A stretch of 63,630 bases of DNA, counting the filler, from Kipferlia bialata (taxonomy: Eukaryota), in NCBI GenBank assembly GCA_003568945.1. It is 4 parts of 3 records of this genome, joined end to end, with 100 filler letters (N's around TTAATTAATTAA, not from the genome) between each part and the next. Parts side by side here need not be neighbours in the genome. Positions count along the whole stretch, not along the records: positions 27,775 to 46,596 come from BDIP01000066.1; positions 46,697 to 61,027 come from BDIP01000066.1; 2 more parts are not named here. The stretch is one strand, 5' to 3'. Below the pieces are notes generated by a model. It did not search any database. It saw nothing but the letters and a program-made list of their open reading frames with translations, and was not told where the DNA came from. Of this stretch, positions 41,229 to 54,300 are shown piece after piece. Each line of letters begins with the position of its first letter. The stretch's first letter is position 1. Position numbers and translations under genes: made by a program.

Positions 41229-43626
41229 ATGTCCCACCTGAACCCGGCTTCCATGTCTGAAGAGGAGAGGAAGGATTCTCCCCAGGACAACACCGCTGAC
41301 TTCAAGAGGGCGGTGTCTGCCTGCAAGTTTGTCAAGCGCAACACACCCAGGTATCGAAAGCCAAAATCGAGAGTCTCTTCTACTGTTCCCCCTTCTCTCT
41401 CCCTCAACCTAGGCCTAGCGACAGAGCTGTCGCTCCCCCCCAAGGGCTGGGGCGTTCAAGGCTTGCGTCCTCAGATGGGGCCCCAGAGACACAGGGTGGA
41501 ATGACAGGTATATACACTCTCTCACTATTCTTTCTCTCAATGCCTCACACTGTATTCTAAGCGACCCCCTCACTCTCCCCCCATCCCTTCCTCCCCCCCT
41601 GCTAACCCATGTGCCACTGACATGGTGGGTGTGGATGACCACCACCTCAACAACACCGTGCTCTACCACAGTGAGGGATCAGCAGACCTGGCCCTCGAGT
41701 ACGTTGGCTGCTCTCTCTCTCTCTCTGTTTCTGTCTCTCTCTCTCTCTGTCTCTCTCTCTCTTGCAAGTGTCTCTTATTGACTCTCTCATGGTTGTTTGG
41801 CAACAATTACGTTACGCCACTCCCGAACCATTAAAGTACTCTCTCCCCCCACCTCAGAATAGCCAAGCTCTCCTACATCAAGGTTGGCGGCATTGTCAGG
41901 TCCAGGTTCCACAATGGGGAGAGGTACTACCGGGTAGACATCCCAGAGCGCAACTCCCTGGTGGGCAGACACGTCATATACGTGGGTGCCACCGACACAG
42001 ACGAGGCCCTCCTGGAGTACGTGGATATGTCATCTCTCTCTCTCACTCTCTCTCCCACCTCTCCCCTACATGGCCAGGTCCTATTAGTCCACAGATATGT
42101 ATATAACACCTATATATGTATATCACCTGACCCCAGGATGTTCCGCCTAGGGTGTACCTTTGCAGAGCTAGGAGCCACGGCACGTACATTCGTCATCCCA
42201 TACCTGGGGTATGTGTGACTGAATACAGTAATGACTATCCCCCCCCCCTTCTTCTCTCTCATGCTTCAGATACTCCACCATGGAGAGAGATGTGCTGCCT
42301 GGGGAGGTTGTGACAGCCAAGACCGTGCTGACTATGCTCAGTGCCATTCCATCCCCAGGGGCAGGTGCGGATATAGAGGCTCATTCATCATATATAGACA
42401 ACAGAAAGTAATACTTTTACTTATGGGATACTAACTTACCCAGGCAACATGTTCCTGTTCCTCGACCTCCATGCCGCTGGCATCAGACGCTTCATGTCCC
42501 CCAACTGTGTGACGCAGGTGCATCATATACATGCATATGAATACAGAGGAATCAGATACATCACTAGCACATTGCAAAATATATAGACATTTATAGATAG
42601 AGGCGGGTGTTCCACTGTGCTGACCCCAGGAGGCATACTGCGACCAGCTGTTGGTCAAGGCAGCCATAGAGCTCTTCGGCTTTGACCCTGCAGGTACTTT
42701 TGGGATTGTACGCCCCCCCCCCCTCTCTCCCTCACCCCAGAGTCGGTCATTGCCTCTGCCGATCTGGGCAGGACAACATGGGTGAACTCATTCAGTAGAA
42801 GGTGAGGGTCTCTTGTATATCGCTCTGGTAATATCAGTCCTGGCCATAATAGTGCGAGTTGTATGTCTCCTCAATGGTCCCCCGCCACCCTTCACCCCAG
42901 GTTTGGCACAGGCATTGCCTTCATCCGCAAGGAGAGGAGCAAGGACAAGACGCAGGTGCTGTGATACATATGATCGTATATCACTGTAGACCCTCTGTCC
43001 CTGGCACCTCACCCCTAGGTCTGCGAGGTCATTGGCAATGTCAAGGGGAGGAAGGTGGTCATATACGATGTACGTGGTATGGTGGTATATAGATGTGTGG
43101 TCACCCTCTAGATACTCTGCAATTCTATCTGTATACAAGTCTGACCCCCCTAGGACATGGTGCGCACAGGCAAGACCCTTGTCCAGGCTGCAGATGCCTA
43201 CCTAGCCAGTGGGGCCACGGCAGTGTATGCCCTCATCAGCCACTGTGCCATACCTACCAGAGAGGCCCTGGACTCTGTGCTCAACTCATCCATCAAGCAC
43301 ATCATCACAACAAACAGCCACCCATCAACGTCTGACCCAGCCATCCTGGGTAGGGGGGGATGTATCTCTATACATATCATATTGGGAGAGGAGCCGCTGA
43401 TACTACACTGTACTACCCCTATCTCATGTTGTCCATAGGGTCCACACTCACAACAGCCTGTGGCAAGCTCACATATCCCAATATGCCATCGTGAAGAGAC
43501 ACACATATGAATAACTAATGCATATCACTCACTGCAGACTCTGACAAGATAACCGTGCTCTCGGTAGCTCCTGTGTTTGCCAAGATCCTGCTGAATGGTA
43601 TCCTGGCACAACAAAGATCACTGTAG
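41229..43626 (+). CDS. PRS: Ribose-phosphate pyrophosphokinase (PRPP synthetase)
   Basis: Spliced [11 protein letters not shown]...[24 protein letters not shown]...FLDLHAAGI...ASADLG...AFIRKER...[27 protein letters not shown] (PRPP-binding loop)...IITTNSHP...[11 protein letters not shown] at 43624-43626. Confidence 0.95.
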
Positions 43627-44081
43627 AGCAGACTGGCCACACACACCGAAATGATCATCAAACCGATGGCGTCTGGATACGAGTGAAGAGACGGTGATCC
43701 ATTGAATTCCTAACTATCCCAGACTACTGTAGTCCGGCACGGCCGAACACCCATTGCAGCTAGCGACTGTAAAATGATCGCTCAAAGAGCTAAACACTCC
43801 ATCCTAGCTGAAGACTGTTCTATGATAGTGAGTCAATATAGGCTATTGTAGACGACAAGGTTAAGATTGCAAGATATATACTGGTTCTTTACAGCATTAT
43901 TGCTGGTTCAAGAACGTGGGAATGTTTCATAGGGAGAGTGCATTTGCTGTGTGAAAGGTGAGATTATAGTTCGGAGACTATATCGGAGTAACTGCGTGGC
44001 AGATGTGTCTACGATTTAGCTCACTCTATTGGATTGGTGTCACAATGCTGTGTCGGGAGCATACACTGACAGGAGACCTGG

Positions 44082-45431
44082 CTACATCCCCCCTAGCCCT
44101 GCAGCATCAGGTGGCAGCTCACTGTCTGGAATCCTATCATCCCCCTTCCCCTTCCCCCCCTTCCCCTTCTGTCTTGTCCCCTGGGTGTCGATGTCTGCAA
44201 GGTCATCAAGCTCAGACATCACCTGGGGTAAATGAGAAGGTGTTTACACTATAGGCTTAGTATACTTCAGATACTGTCGCAGTCGAGAGACCCACCTCTA
44301 TGACACTCTCAGGCGACCCCTCGTCCTCCACCAGCCCCGCTGTGTCTCTCTGTCTACCCCTTGCTCTGAGAGTGGTGAGGGTCTCCCTGTCACCTCTGGC
44401 CTCTGCCACAACCTGGGGTCAGATGGGGTCAAGAAGATATACAATACACGCTTGGTAGAGTAGAATTGATGCGTCTCAGTTACCTCTCTGAGCTCTCTGG
44501 GATATATATAACACACTTAGTAAAGAAAGATATATACGGGTGGTAAGTGTGATGGTTGTGATATGTCCCACCTCTCTGAGCTCTCTGGGTGTGGTGAAGA
44601 AGTCCAGGCTGGACATCCTGCAGATGGCGAGGGCCTTGCCCTGGGGGTGAGGGGAGAGTGTGTATGAGTGTGAATAGGTGAAAAGAATATGCATATACCG
44701 ACCTATATCGATGATATAAGCAGTATAAATACCCACCTCTATGGAGGGTGTGGCACTGGTGTACTCTGACTCCAGTGTGGACCTGGGCTCTAGGGAGGGG
44801 TGGGCGATGGCCAGAGAGGAGGTGTGGTGGGACTCCTGGGGATGAGGGGTGGCAGTAGGGGACAATTGGTGGATAGAATGCAACAGCCGGTTGAAGAGCA
44901 GAATAAGAATGAAAAGAATGACTATGACGAGGGCCATCGTACCTGAAGCTTGTGGCAGAGCTCCTCAGAGGCAGAGAGGTACCTAGGGTTAGAGAGTTAC
45001 CGGTTCGTACTCCTTCGTCATGGACTGTATATATATATCCACATGCACCCACTTGACGAATGAGGACTGGATCATCCTCAGCCGCCTCAGCTCCAGGGTC
45101 TCCAGGGCCTGGGGTGGGAGGGTCGAAGCAACAACAGCGGCCAGACTGAGAGACTCACGATGACCAACGTGTAATGTGTGTTCTGCCCACCTGCAGAATG
45201 CTCTCGAGCACCACCCTCATCTCATCATTGGTGTCGGTACTGGCAGAGAGAGAGTCCTCATAGGAGTCAAGGGCAGCCTGGGGTGAGGGGTTGGAATGTG
45301 TCTGTAGGGTAGCCATTGATAGTAGATTAGCCCCACCCACCCTGAGCCTAGTGTCCATCTCGACCAGTGACTCCATGGCAGCAGACCGTCTCTCCCTGTC
45401 CTCTGCATACTTGACAGCCCTGGGGTGGGTG

Positions 45432-45474
<43 letters not shown>

Positions 45475-45912
45475 AGGTGAGTGGGGGATTAGTTCAACAC
45501 TGTCTGAAGACACATATAGGGGATCTGTAGGTACATGGTGTGTCCCTACTTTCTGGCATAGTGGTTCCTGTTGGCAAAGAGCTCATTGGCGGCATTGTAC
45601 CTGGAGTCAGAACTACTATAGAGCAGTATACATACTGATACTGTCCTGTGTAACTTGTATGACAGTACCACTCACTTCTCGTGCTGTGTCTGGAGTCTGG
45701 CGTAGTGCGTCACAACACAGTCCTGGGGGTGAGACCGAGTACTAAGACAAGAGGTGGTTGACAGTAACACAAGAGTGTGTCACAGAGGTTAATGCCAGTC
45801 CCATACCTTGTATCTCTTTGTGTGTGCCTTGGTCTGTGCCGCATACTGCAGGGCAAAGGTGTTGAGGGGGTCGCAGATCTGGGTCTGCAGTAAGTGCCTA
45901 CCAAGAGAATAC

Positions 45913-45952
<40 letters not shown>

Positions 45953-46064
45953 CTCTACTCAACCCCCCACCTTCATGTAGTCGTAGAAGTCTGTATCAGT
46001 ATCAGTGATGCATACAGTGATATGTGTAATATATCAGTGTAGTACCTACATACCACACCCCACC

Positions 46065-46096
<32 letters not shown>

Positions 46097-46535
46097 CCAC
46101 ACCCCCACCTTCATGTAGTCGTAGAAGTCTGTGTATGCCCTCCTTAGGAACTGGGCCTCATTGGCCAGGGCGTCAAAGGCAAGTCTGGGGTGTAAGGGGT
46201 AGGGTATATTACATTCATAGACTGAAGTAAGTATATAGAAAACGACTAACCCACCTGGAGGGTGTGAATGCAGTAAGGGATAGGGTGTGTATAGTATATA
46301 GTATATATATAGTATATATATATAATATCCAGCCCCTACCTGGTGGGTGTGAATGCAAATGATGCCGCATGCTGGCCGAGGGCATTGCCCTTGTCCACCT
46401 GGGGGTCAGGGGGGGAGGAGAGAGAGAGATACAGAAAGGACACCCTGCTATATACAACCCTCTCCCTCTCCTCACCTTCTTCACCTCGTGCTGCCTCTTG
46501 GACAGCACCTTGAGGAAGGAGGCAGTGGACTCTAG
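44082..46535 (-). CDS. F-BAR/BAR-like coiled-coil protein, 5' end in gap
   Basis: Spliced FLKVLSKRQHEVKK...LAFDALANEAQFLRRAYTDFYDYMK...LQTQICDPLNTFA...EMRVVLESILQALETLELRRLRMIQSSFVK follows the typical F-BAR helix pattern. TAG at 44082-44084. Confidence 0.6.
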
Positions 46536-46596
46536 CTTGGGGTGGGGGGGGGGGGGGAGAGAGTGGCTGTATGGGCTGGAGGACAGTTCATACTAT

Positions 46597-46696
46597 NNNN
46601 NNNNNNNNNNNNNNNNNNNNNNNNNNNNNNNNNNNNNNNNTTAATTAATTAANNNNNNNNNNNNNNNNNNNNNNNNNNNNNNNNNNNNNNNNNNNN
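46597..46696. other. Scaffold gap with TTAATTAATTAA linker (46641-46652)
   Basis: 100-nt N block with central 12-mer. Confidence 0.95.
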
Positions 46697-46745
46697 TATA
46701 TTTATTTTTTTCCCCCCCCCCCCCCCCCCCCCCCCTCACCTCCAG

Positions 46746-47301
46746 GTTGACCCAGCCCCCCAGAGCATCGTCAAGGTACGCAGGATGTGTTATATATATG
46801 TATATTCATATATATGTATATACCCCCAGAGCATCGTCAAGGTATGTGACACATACACGTATATATACATATATATACATGCATATACACTAGCATCTGA
46901 GGATGCCCCAGAACATCGTCAAGGTACACAGGACGTGACATAGACATACACTATATATATACGCTGGCATATGAGGATGTGTGAGAGAGTCTGTGTCTAT
47001 GTATATCAGTTCATATTCATATACATTCACTACCCCCCCCCCCACCCTAGGCCTGCATCAAGCCCCCCACCGGTGGGGCTGAGCACGGGTCGGGCTACGT
47101 GCTGCTGTCCTCTCGCACCATCGCAGCACAGGTGCCACATATACATAGTGTATATACATAGATGCATACATGTATATGATTGATACTTTACTTGGGGGAT
47201 GGATAGGACACACCATATGTGTCCTCCATGTAGTGAGTATGTATACGCTTCTGGACAGAGATAATCTCATAAGGGTTCAGTAACCACTCCACCCCTTGTT
47301 G

Positions 47302-47334
<33 letters not shown>

Positions 47335-47624
47335 ACCCTAAATCTCAGGTCCTGGCCAAGCTGGACGGGGCTGCCCTCCAGGGAGTCAGTGTCAACGCAG
47401 AGCCATACCTCCGCCCAGAGAGGTATGAGTTGCAGTGTGTACAAAGAGATGTAGATATAGAGAGTTTTGGGGACATATAGTGCGGGATTCGCGTGATTGG
47501 TTATTCTTGTGTTATATTATACACCTTGCGTCCAGTTTCACTCTTTGGACCCCCTGTATTGAATGGAGACTCCACTGACATGCATGTGTTGATACAGAAC
47601 GTATTGTCTTATACCTGCCTCATT

Positions 47625-47658
<34 letters not shown>

Positions 47659-49880
47659 CATATATGTTGGCTGATGAAGCAGGGTACCCAGTGTGGTGTA
47701 TCCTCATACCTACACTAGACACTGATTAATTCAATACCAACACTGACACTGACGCACAGGCAGCCCAACTCCATTGTGCTGAGGGACATTCCCCCCACTG
47801 CCACAGAGGCACAGGTATACACATATATATAGATATGGATATATATATATGTGTGTGTGTATATAACTAGACTGCCTTAGAGGCACAGGTAGAGGCTGTA
47901 GATAGATATATATAGATATATAGATATATATAGATATGGATATATATATATATATATATATATATAACTGGACTGCCACAGAGGCACAGGTAGAGGCTGT
48001 ATAGATACTATATCACATATATGGATAAGGATATGTATATGAGTGGACTGGCACAGAGGCACAGAAACCCAGTGACACATCCATGCATTGTACATACCAG
48101 ATGTCTGACACATGTATGGTACATGGTACCCCTCCCCCCCTCTGGTGTCTAATCAGCAGGTGAGGGAGCTCTGTCAGCCCTGTGGAGAGGTTGTGTCCCT
48201 GTTTCTGTCCCCCCTGGTGGGAAGGTGAGGCAGGGTGTGTATACAGGCAGATTGAGGGATGTTACTTGCATATGCGCACCGTCACTATATTATTGTGGGT
48301 CCATTGAGTGGACTTGATTCCATAAGTACTTCACCAACATAAGTGTCTATATATATGTATGTGTCTATCCATTGCCTCTATCCATTCTTGCCCCCTCCCA
48401 CACCCAGGAACAAGGAGTTCAAGTTTGCCGTTGTTGGATTCAGCACTGAGGCCGCGGTCGAGAAGGTATCAGTGTCATATACACATGTCATATGTCGACT
48501 ATGTGTATTACTATATACTGTACTATCACAAACCCAGCATTGACCGATGTCGGTAGTGATATCTATATCTATATCTATATCTATCCATCTGTCGACACTG
48601 ATCCCTCCAGGCCCTCACCGCTCTCCGGTCCGCCCCTTTCCTCACTGGCCGTGTGAAGGTATGCCACCTCATTTACTTACAAATGTATCTTATAATGGTT
48701 GTGTGTGTATATACACAGGTATAAGGCTGTGGACGTGTGTCAGTATCGGTACCGTGCCTGTATATACACCCATACCTGACAGTGGTGTCATTATCCACTG
48801 TTGGTGTCAGTGTGAGTGACTGATGCCAGGTGTACATGCACAAGCCCAGGGCAGGCATAGCAGCTGAGAGGCACGGCAGGCACCTCGGCAGGACAATGCC
48901 CTCGGGGGTAGACGCAGGTATCAGTGGTATATCTGTCGATGCATGTGTGTATCTAGCTGGTGTTTCTATCTGATAATATCCTCTGCTGTTCACTTCCTGT
49001 TCCACTTGACCCATGGTATGTATCCCCCTGACCCCTAGGTGTTGTTGTGCTGCAGGGCATTGGATCCATGACACAGATGCAGGTACAGCCACAGTGTGTG
49101 GGGACAGATATGCATGCATTTGGTATATACATACATTGGAATGTGCTTTCTCACTGCCCATATATGTATGTGTATGTGTGTATGCATATCCCCTACCCAC
49201 CCCAGGTGCAGCAGGGCATCTCGGCACACACAGGGGGAGAGGTCCAGAGAGTGTCACTCTTCAGGTACATATGTGTATATGTGTATAGATAGATATACCT
49301 ATCATGCATGCTGTGCCCCCTCCCGTCCTTCTGTCTCTTACCACCATACTGACCTGAACAAGCTGCATTCGTGACACCCACTTATAGCACCCGTATACAC
49401 ACCTAATTGTGTCCATATATGTGTCGTCTCACCCAGGAACCACCAGGGCTCTGGGGCTGTGGTGACCTTTGCCGACCCTACTGTGGCCAAGAGATGTCTG
49501 GCAGCTGGGACAGCCACCCTCGGAGGTACCCGCCACATGTGTACACATCTATGTTTGTATTCACAGCATATATCACATTCAGTATACGGTAGTATTTCCA
49601 CCAGTACATTGAGTGTCTAACTCTCCCCCCCCCCCCCTCTCACCCCAGACCTTACCGTCAAGGTGGAGACCGTGCGCCCCAGGACTAACAGGCATGGTTC
49701 TATGTCATGCCCATCCCTATATATGCATGTATGCGCATCTATATATGTACCACTGTGTGCACCCTCACCTGTAGGCACCCCAGACACGCCTCCAGGGGTA
49801 TGGGCCCCAGGAGAGGCAGGGCCCCTGCCCAGTATGGCCAGGGAGCCGCCATGCCCTCCGGCCAGTCCCCCTACCAGTAG
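46746..49880 (+). CDS. Multi-RRM RNA-binding protein, 5' end in gap
   Basis: RNP1-like GSGYVLL, FKFAVVGF and GAVVTF motifs in three RRM-sized units (VLAKLDGAALQGVSVNAEPY; VRELCQPCGEVVSLFL). R/G/P/Q-rich tail; TAG at 49878-49880. Confidence 0.75.
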
Positions 49881-50317
49881 ACCCTGTCCCTACCCATATG
49901 CTATATATCCATATACTATATATTAGGCAGGGGGGGGGGGGGGTCGCAGAACTAGTCACTCAACCCCATGCCTCTGCCGTTTGAGTAAGCTGAGCAGTGT
50001 ACACCTGCTATATATACCTTCTAGAATAGACACATCTCTCTGTGTTGTTGTTTGTCACTGCATATTACCTTGTCAAGGGCCTTGAATCCATACACTTTCA
50101 TACATACTGTCATCAATACTATCATTTTCACTGAAATTGCTATTGTGAGTCTGATTACTGTTGTATCATAAGTATCATACGCAAAAGAGTCTCTTTAAGA
50201 GGCCCATTAGACTAGTAGTATAACTAGTGGTCTGCCGGACAGAGTCTGTGCGCAGATTTACGGCAATGGAATGGAAATTGAGAAAAGAGAAATTGAGACC
50301 CAGAAATAGATAGAACA

Positions 50318-51237
50318 GCCACTGAGTCAGTGGCACTGTCTTGTTAACAATTACTATAAGAACTGGTGTTACAACTCAGTTCAACTGAGTCAGTTGTTAG
50401 TAACAACTTGTTACAGGTTGTAGCTTACAAGGTTTCAGTTAGTTCTTTGGCTATTATGATCTTAGTAAGATCTAAGACTTAGATCACGACCTCAATCAAT
50501 GAGTCACTGAGTGACTGCTATTTGTATCTTGTTACTTGTAAGAGACCAAAGCTAATTACTAGAGTCAGTTACTAACTATTAGTTAATCTACAATTATACT
50601 AGAAAGTATTGTACTAGGCCTTGTACTACTTACTAAGTAGTACTCAGTGTCCTAGACTAGGACCTAGTGGTATAGTTACTATTACCATGTCTGATCCAAA
50701 TTGGTAGTACCAATACTGCATCCGCTATACAATGTGTTGTATCAGATACTAGTATTTCGATACACTGTGTATCATACACAACGAGTGGACTGCTACAAGT
50801 TATTGTATAACTGCCGCTGCATCTATGGGTTATGTGACCATAACATGTGGACCACATGTTACATGTGGTCTCTCAGAAGATTGTAACTTACAATTTGCAG
50901 GTTCTGCTTGTGATGCTAGAATTCCAGGTTGGTACGTCTTGGATTCCCATACTGGACAACGTGTAATATGCATGTTCATTACCACAAAGTTCTGCGCTCA
51001 GAATATGGTATGTATAGTGGTTTCAGCCCCACGGTGTGGCCCACACCGTGTCACATTACTGGAATCCACATAACGGAACATGTCTTAGAACAGCAGATTT
51101 CAATACACCCTTGAACTTAGCAATCCCGATCAGTCCTGAATCAGGACCTGATGACTGGTCCACATAATAGCTTTACTAGGCCTAGTATATCTTTCATATG
51201 CGAGGTGGTCCATTGGAGCATATCATATGCCATATGC
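50318..51237. repeat. Intergenic array of chained short inverted repeats with 1-nt spacers
   Basis: At least 20 perfect odd-length palindromes, e.g. gccactgaGtcagtggc 50318-50334, gtactacttaCtaagtagtac 50623-50643, taacatgtggAccacatgtta 50841-50861, cacggtgtggCccacaccgtg 51030-51050. Confidence 0.9.
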
Positions 51238-51387
51238 GACAGACGGTCTGGAGGCACAGATTGTTGAAGACAGAGACATATCCTGAAACAAGTAGACCAT
51301 TTATCACAATACCAGAATAATAAGTGATGCTGTAACCATCCAGTCCTGAATACTAAGACATCAGTGATAGCATTGCATCCCCCCCCC

Positions 51388-54300
51388 TCAGTCCCCCTCT
51401 GCCCCCCTGTCCTCCGTGTCGTTGATGTCATCCACATCTAATGGCACAGTTCTGCTGGTGCTGGCCATGAACTGCTGGGTGAGGTACAGGGAGTCCCCCC
51501 GCTTGGCCTCGTAGTCCAGCTCGCCTGGGGGTGAGGGACTGCCAGGGTGTGCAGGATAAGTGGCACAAGGAGTATAAGGAGTGAAACATGCAAAGAACAC
51601 ACAGATATGCACCCATGCATGATGTAGCGTGTAGATCCCCGTACATACATATATACATATCACACCTTGGATGAAGTCGTCTGCGCTCTTGGCAAGGGCG
51701 TCCAGATTCTCCTGACAATCAGAGGATGCACACACCAATGAGACCACTATCAAATGCCACACAAGCAGTATGGTTGATGTGCCAAGAGTAGACAATACTC
51801 AGATCCCTCATGAACACTTATTATGTATACATACACACTCTCCATCATGGCATAGTGTACATATTAGTGGACTTGGACTGCATCCACAGAGGAACATCTA
51901 GATGGAATACATGCACCAGCCCCCTGAATATATATATATATATACATATATATACCTTCACATGGGCCATGATATGGGCACTCTCGACAATCAGGTCCTG
52001 CACTGGCATCTTCATGTGCTGCACGGCTGCCGCGGCCTCCTCCACCGTCTCAATCGGCATGATGCGGCGCTTGCCACGGCCCTTGGCACGAAGCCCCCTC
52101 TCCTGGCCGTGTCCTGTGCCCTGCCCGTCCTGTGCATCCTGGGCCTCAGTCCCAGTCTGGTCAGGCTGGTCTGGGGCATCTGACGCAGAGAGGGGGGCCC
52201 TCACCTCGTGAGACCTGCCGGACCTGGCCCTCTCCTGTCTGATGCGCTGGTCATGCCTCTCCTTGAGGCGCTCTGCCCTCCTCGTTTCAGACAGATAGCA
52301 CACCAGGGCAGAAGGTAGGCGGGGCTCGAGGTAGGTGGCAACGTTGCGCCTGGCCTGGGTGTCAGACACTACGCGTAGTGGAAAGATATCAATATATACT
52401 ACACCTGGAACGGTAGTTAGACCAGCACCCCTTATCAAAAATATACCATCACCATACATCCCCATCTCCCTCTCTGCACTGACACCGATGCCCCTTGATA
52501 TCCATCACTATCACCATCACTATTAGTATCAGTGTCTATACCTTGATGTCATCGAGTCGATCACTATCATCACCACCACTAGCAGTGTCTATATATATAT
52601 ATATATATATATATTAATACCTTGATGTCATCCAGTCGGGTCCGGTGCTCAGAGTACCCTTGCTTCCGGGCTCTCTCGACAAGCTTCCTGTTGTGTCAGA
52701 ATGAAACACTCAAATATATGAGATGCCCATGAGACGTTCAATAGAACATAACAATATGCTCTTTGGGTGTGATTGAATGTACACATATGATATAGTGACA
52801 AGACAAATGGGGAGAGGACATGTGCTACTAAACAGCAGTCTATACCAATACATCCACACATTGTTACCTGTCATTACTGGCCAGTAGCGACTGTAGGAGC
52901 CTTGGGTTACTGGTCTTGATGCTGTGTCCCTGGGGTCAGAAACAAGAAAATTCCACACCATACCACTATACATATATATGTATATAAGTGTGTGTCCATG
53001 CATACCTGCTCCAGCTGTGTGATGCGCTGTTGGTACTCTGATCTGGCCAGGCGTCTGTCGATGGCATTGATGTCCACTCGAGGCAGGCCTCTGTTGGAAC
53101 GAAGCCGGCGCTTATCGTGGACCTGAGATGAGAAGTAGCCTTTGGAATCAAGCATGGTATGAGTCGAGATACGATGATAGTGGAATCAGTACTAAAGTCC
53201 TCGTTGTTATATATACACGTTGAAACATGACTAGGCATACAGGGACATATTCCTAAGAACATAATAGGGTATCATCTGCATGTATACAATACAGACACGC
53301 ATATAATGCTACAACACCCATGTACACTCAGGATGGTACCTGTCTGGCTGCTGTGTCGTGGACATCGGCCAGGACAGACTCAGACACATTCCCATGCCTG
53401 ACATAAGGGGAATGGGGGTATAGGAGTATCAGATACATATACACACACATAGCAGAGACACCAGGCATGTACCTGATGACACTGGGTGGAATGGCAGCAG
53501 ACAGCCTTTGGATCAGGTCGGAGTTGGCAGTGCGCTGCCGGCTGTGCTCCTGGCCCATGAAGTCCACGAAGCTGGGCTATCAGTATAGGTATCAGTATCA
53601 ATATCAGTATCATAAAGTCCACGAAGCTGGGCTATCAGTATCAGTATCAATATAAGTATCAATATCAGTATTATAAAGTCCACGAAGCTGGGGTCAGAGG
53701 GGCCACACTGTTGTCTCAGACACACCTGCTCCACCATACGCAAACACCAACCAGTGGATATGAACCACCAATACTGTACATACGAAACACAAACCACACT
53801 TACCGCGGCTTAAGCTTGGATGCAATCTTGGGCCCCAGCCCATCAATGAACTGCCGCTGTCGTCCGTCCATGCCGATGAAGTGCTCGTAGCTGATGGTAC
53901 CGGTCTCGAGGGGGAGCGGGGCAGCCTCGGGTCTGGCCTGGGGCAGGATGGTCGGAGTGTACTCAGTCCTGGCCCGATAAGCCCCCGGGGTCCTTGTAGA
54001 GTCCTCCAGCTCACCCCAGATGTCATCCTCCCCGCTGGACCGGTCTGAGTCCCACCCCTCACTCCCCCCCTGCGACTCCCCCTCTGCCCCCTCTCCCTCT
54101 AGATAGTCATCCGCCTCGGCTGCCCGGGACGCCAGGGCCATGCTCTCTCGGTCTCTCTCGTGAGGCGTCTGGGACACTCGTAGTCGGCCAGATGTGCTGA
54201 GCCGTACCGGCCCCTTCCCATTCGTTGACAGAGGCTGCCAGCGCATGCGGGCCCCGGAGTTGACTGGCGTTGGGGATACACACGAAGCGGCTCGGCGGGT

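Noticed and set aside
43650..43812. Possible C/D snoRNA (ATGATC...CTGA) downstream of PRS
   Set aside because: Box C is imperfect, with no terminal stem or recognisable rRNA guide.
47787..48065. Repeats of ccacagaggcacaggta with TA tracts as a mobile element
   Set aside because: Local intronic tandem duplication; no element hallmarks.
50318..51237. CRISPR array or MITE interpretation of the palindrome island
   Set aside because: No recurring direct repeat, no terminal inverted repeats or target-site duplication, and no cas or transposase nearby.
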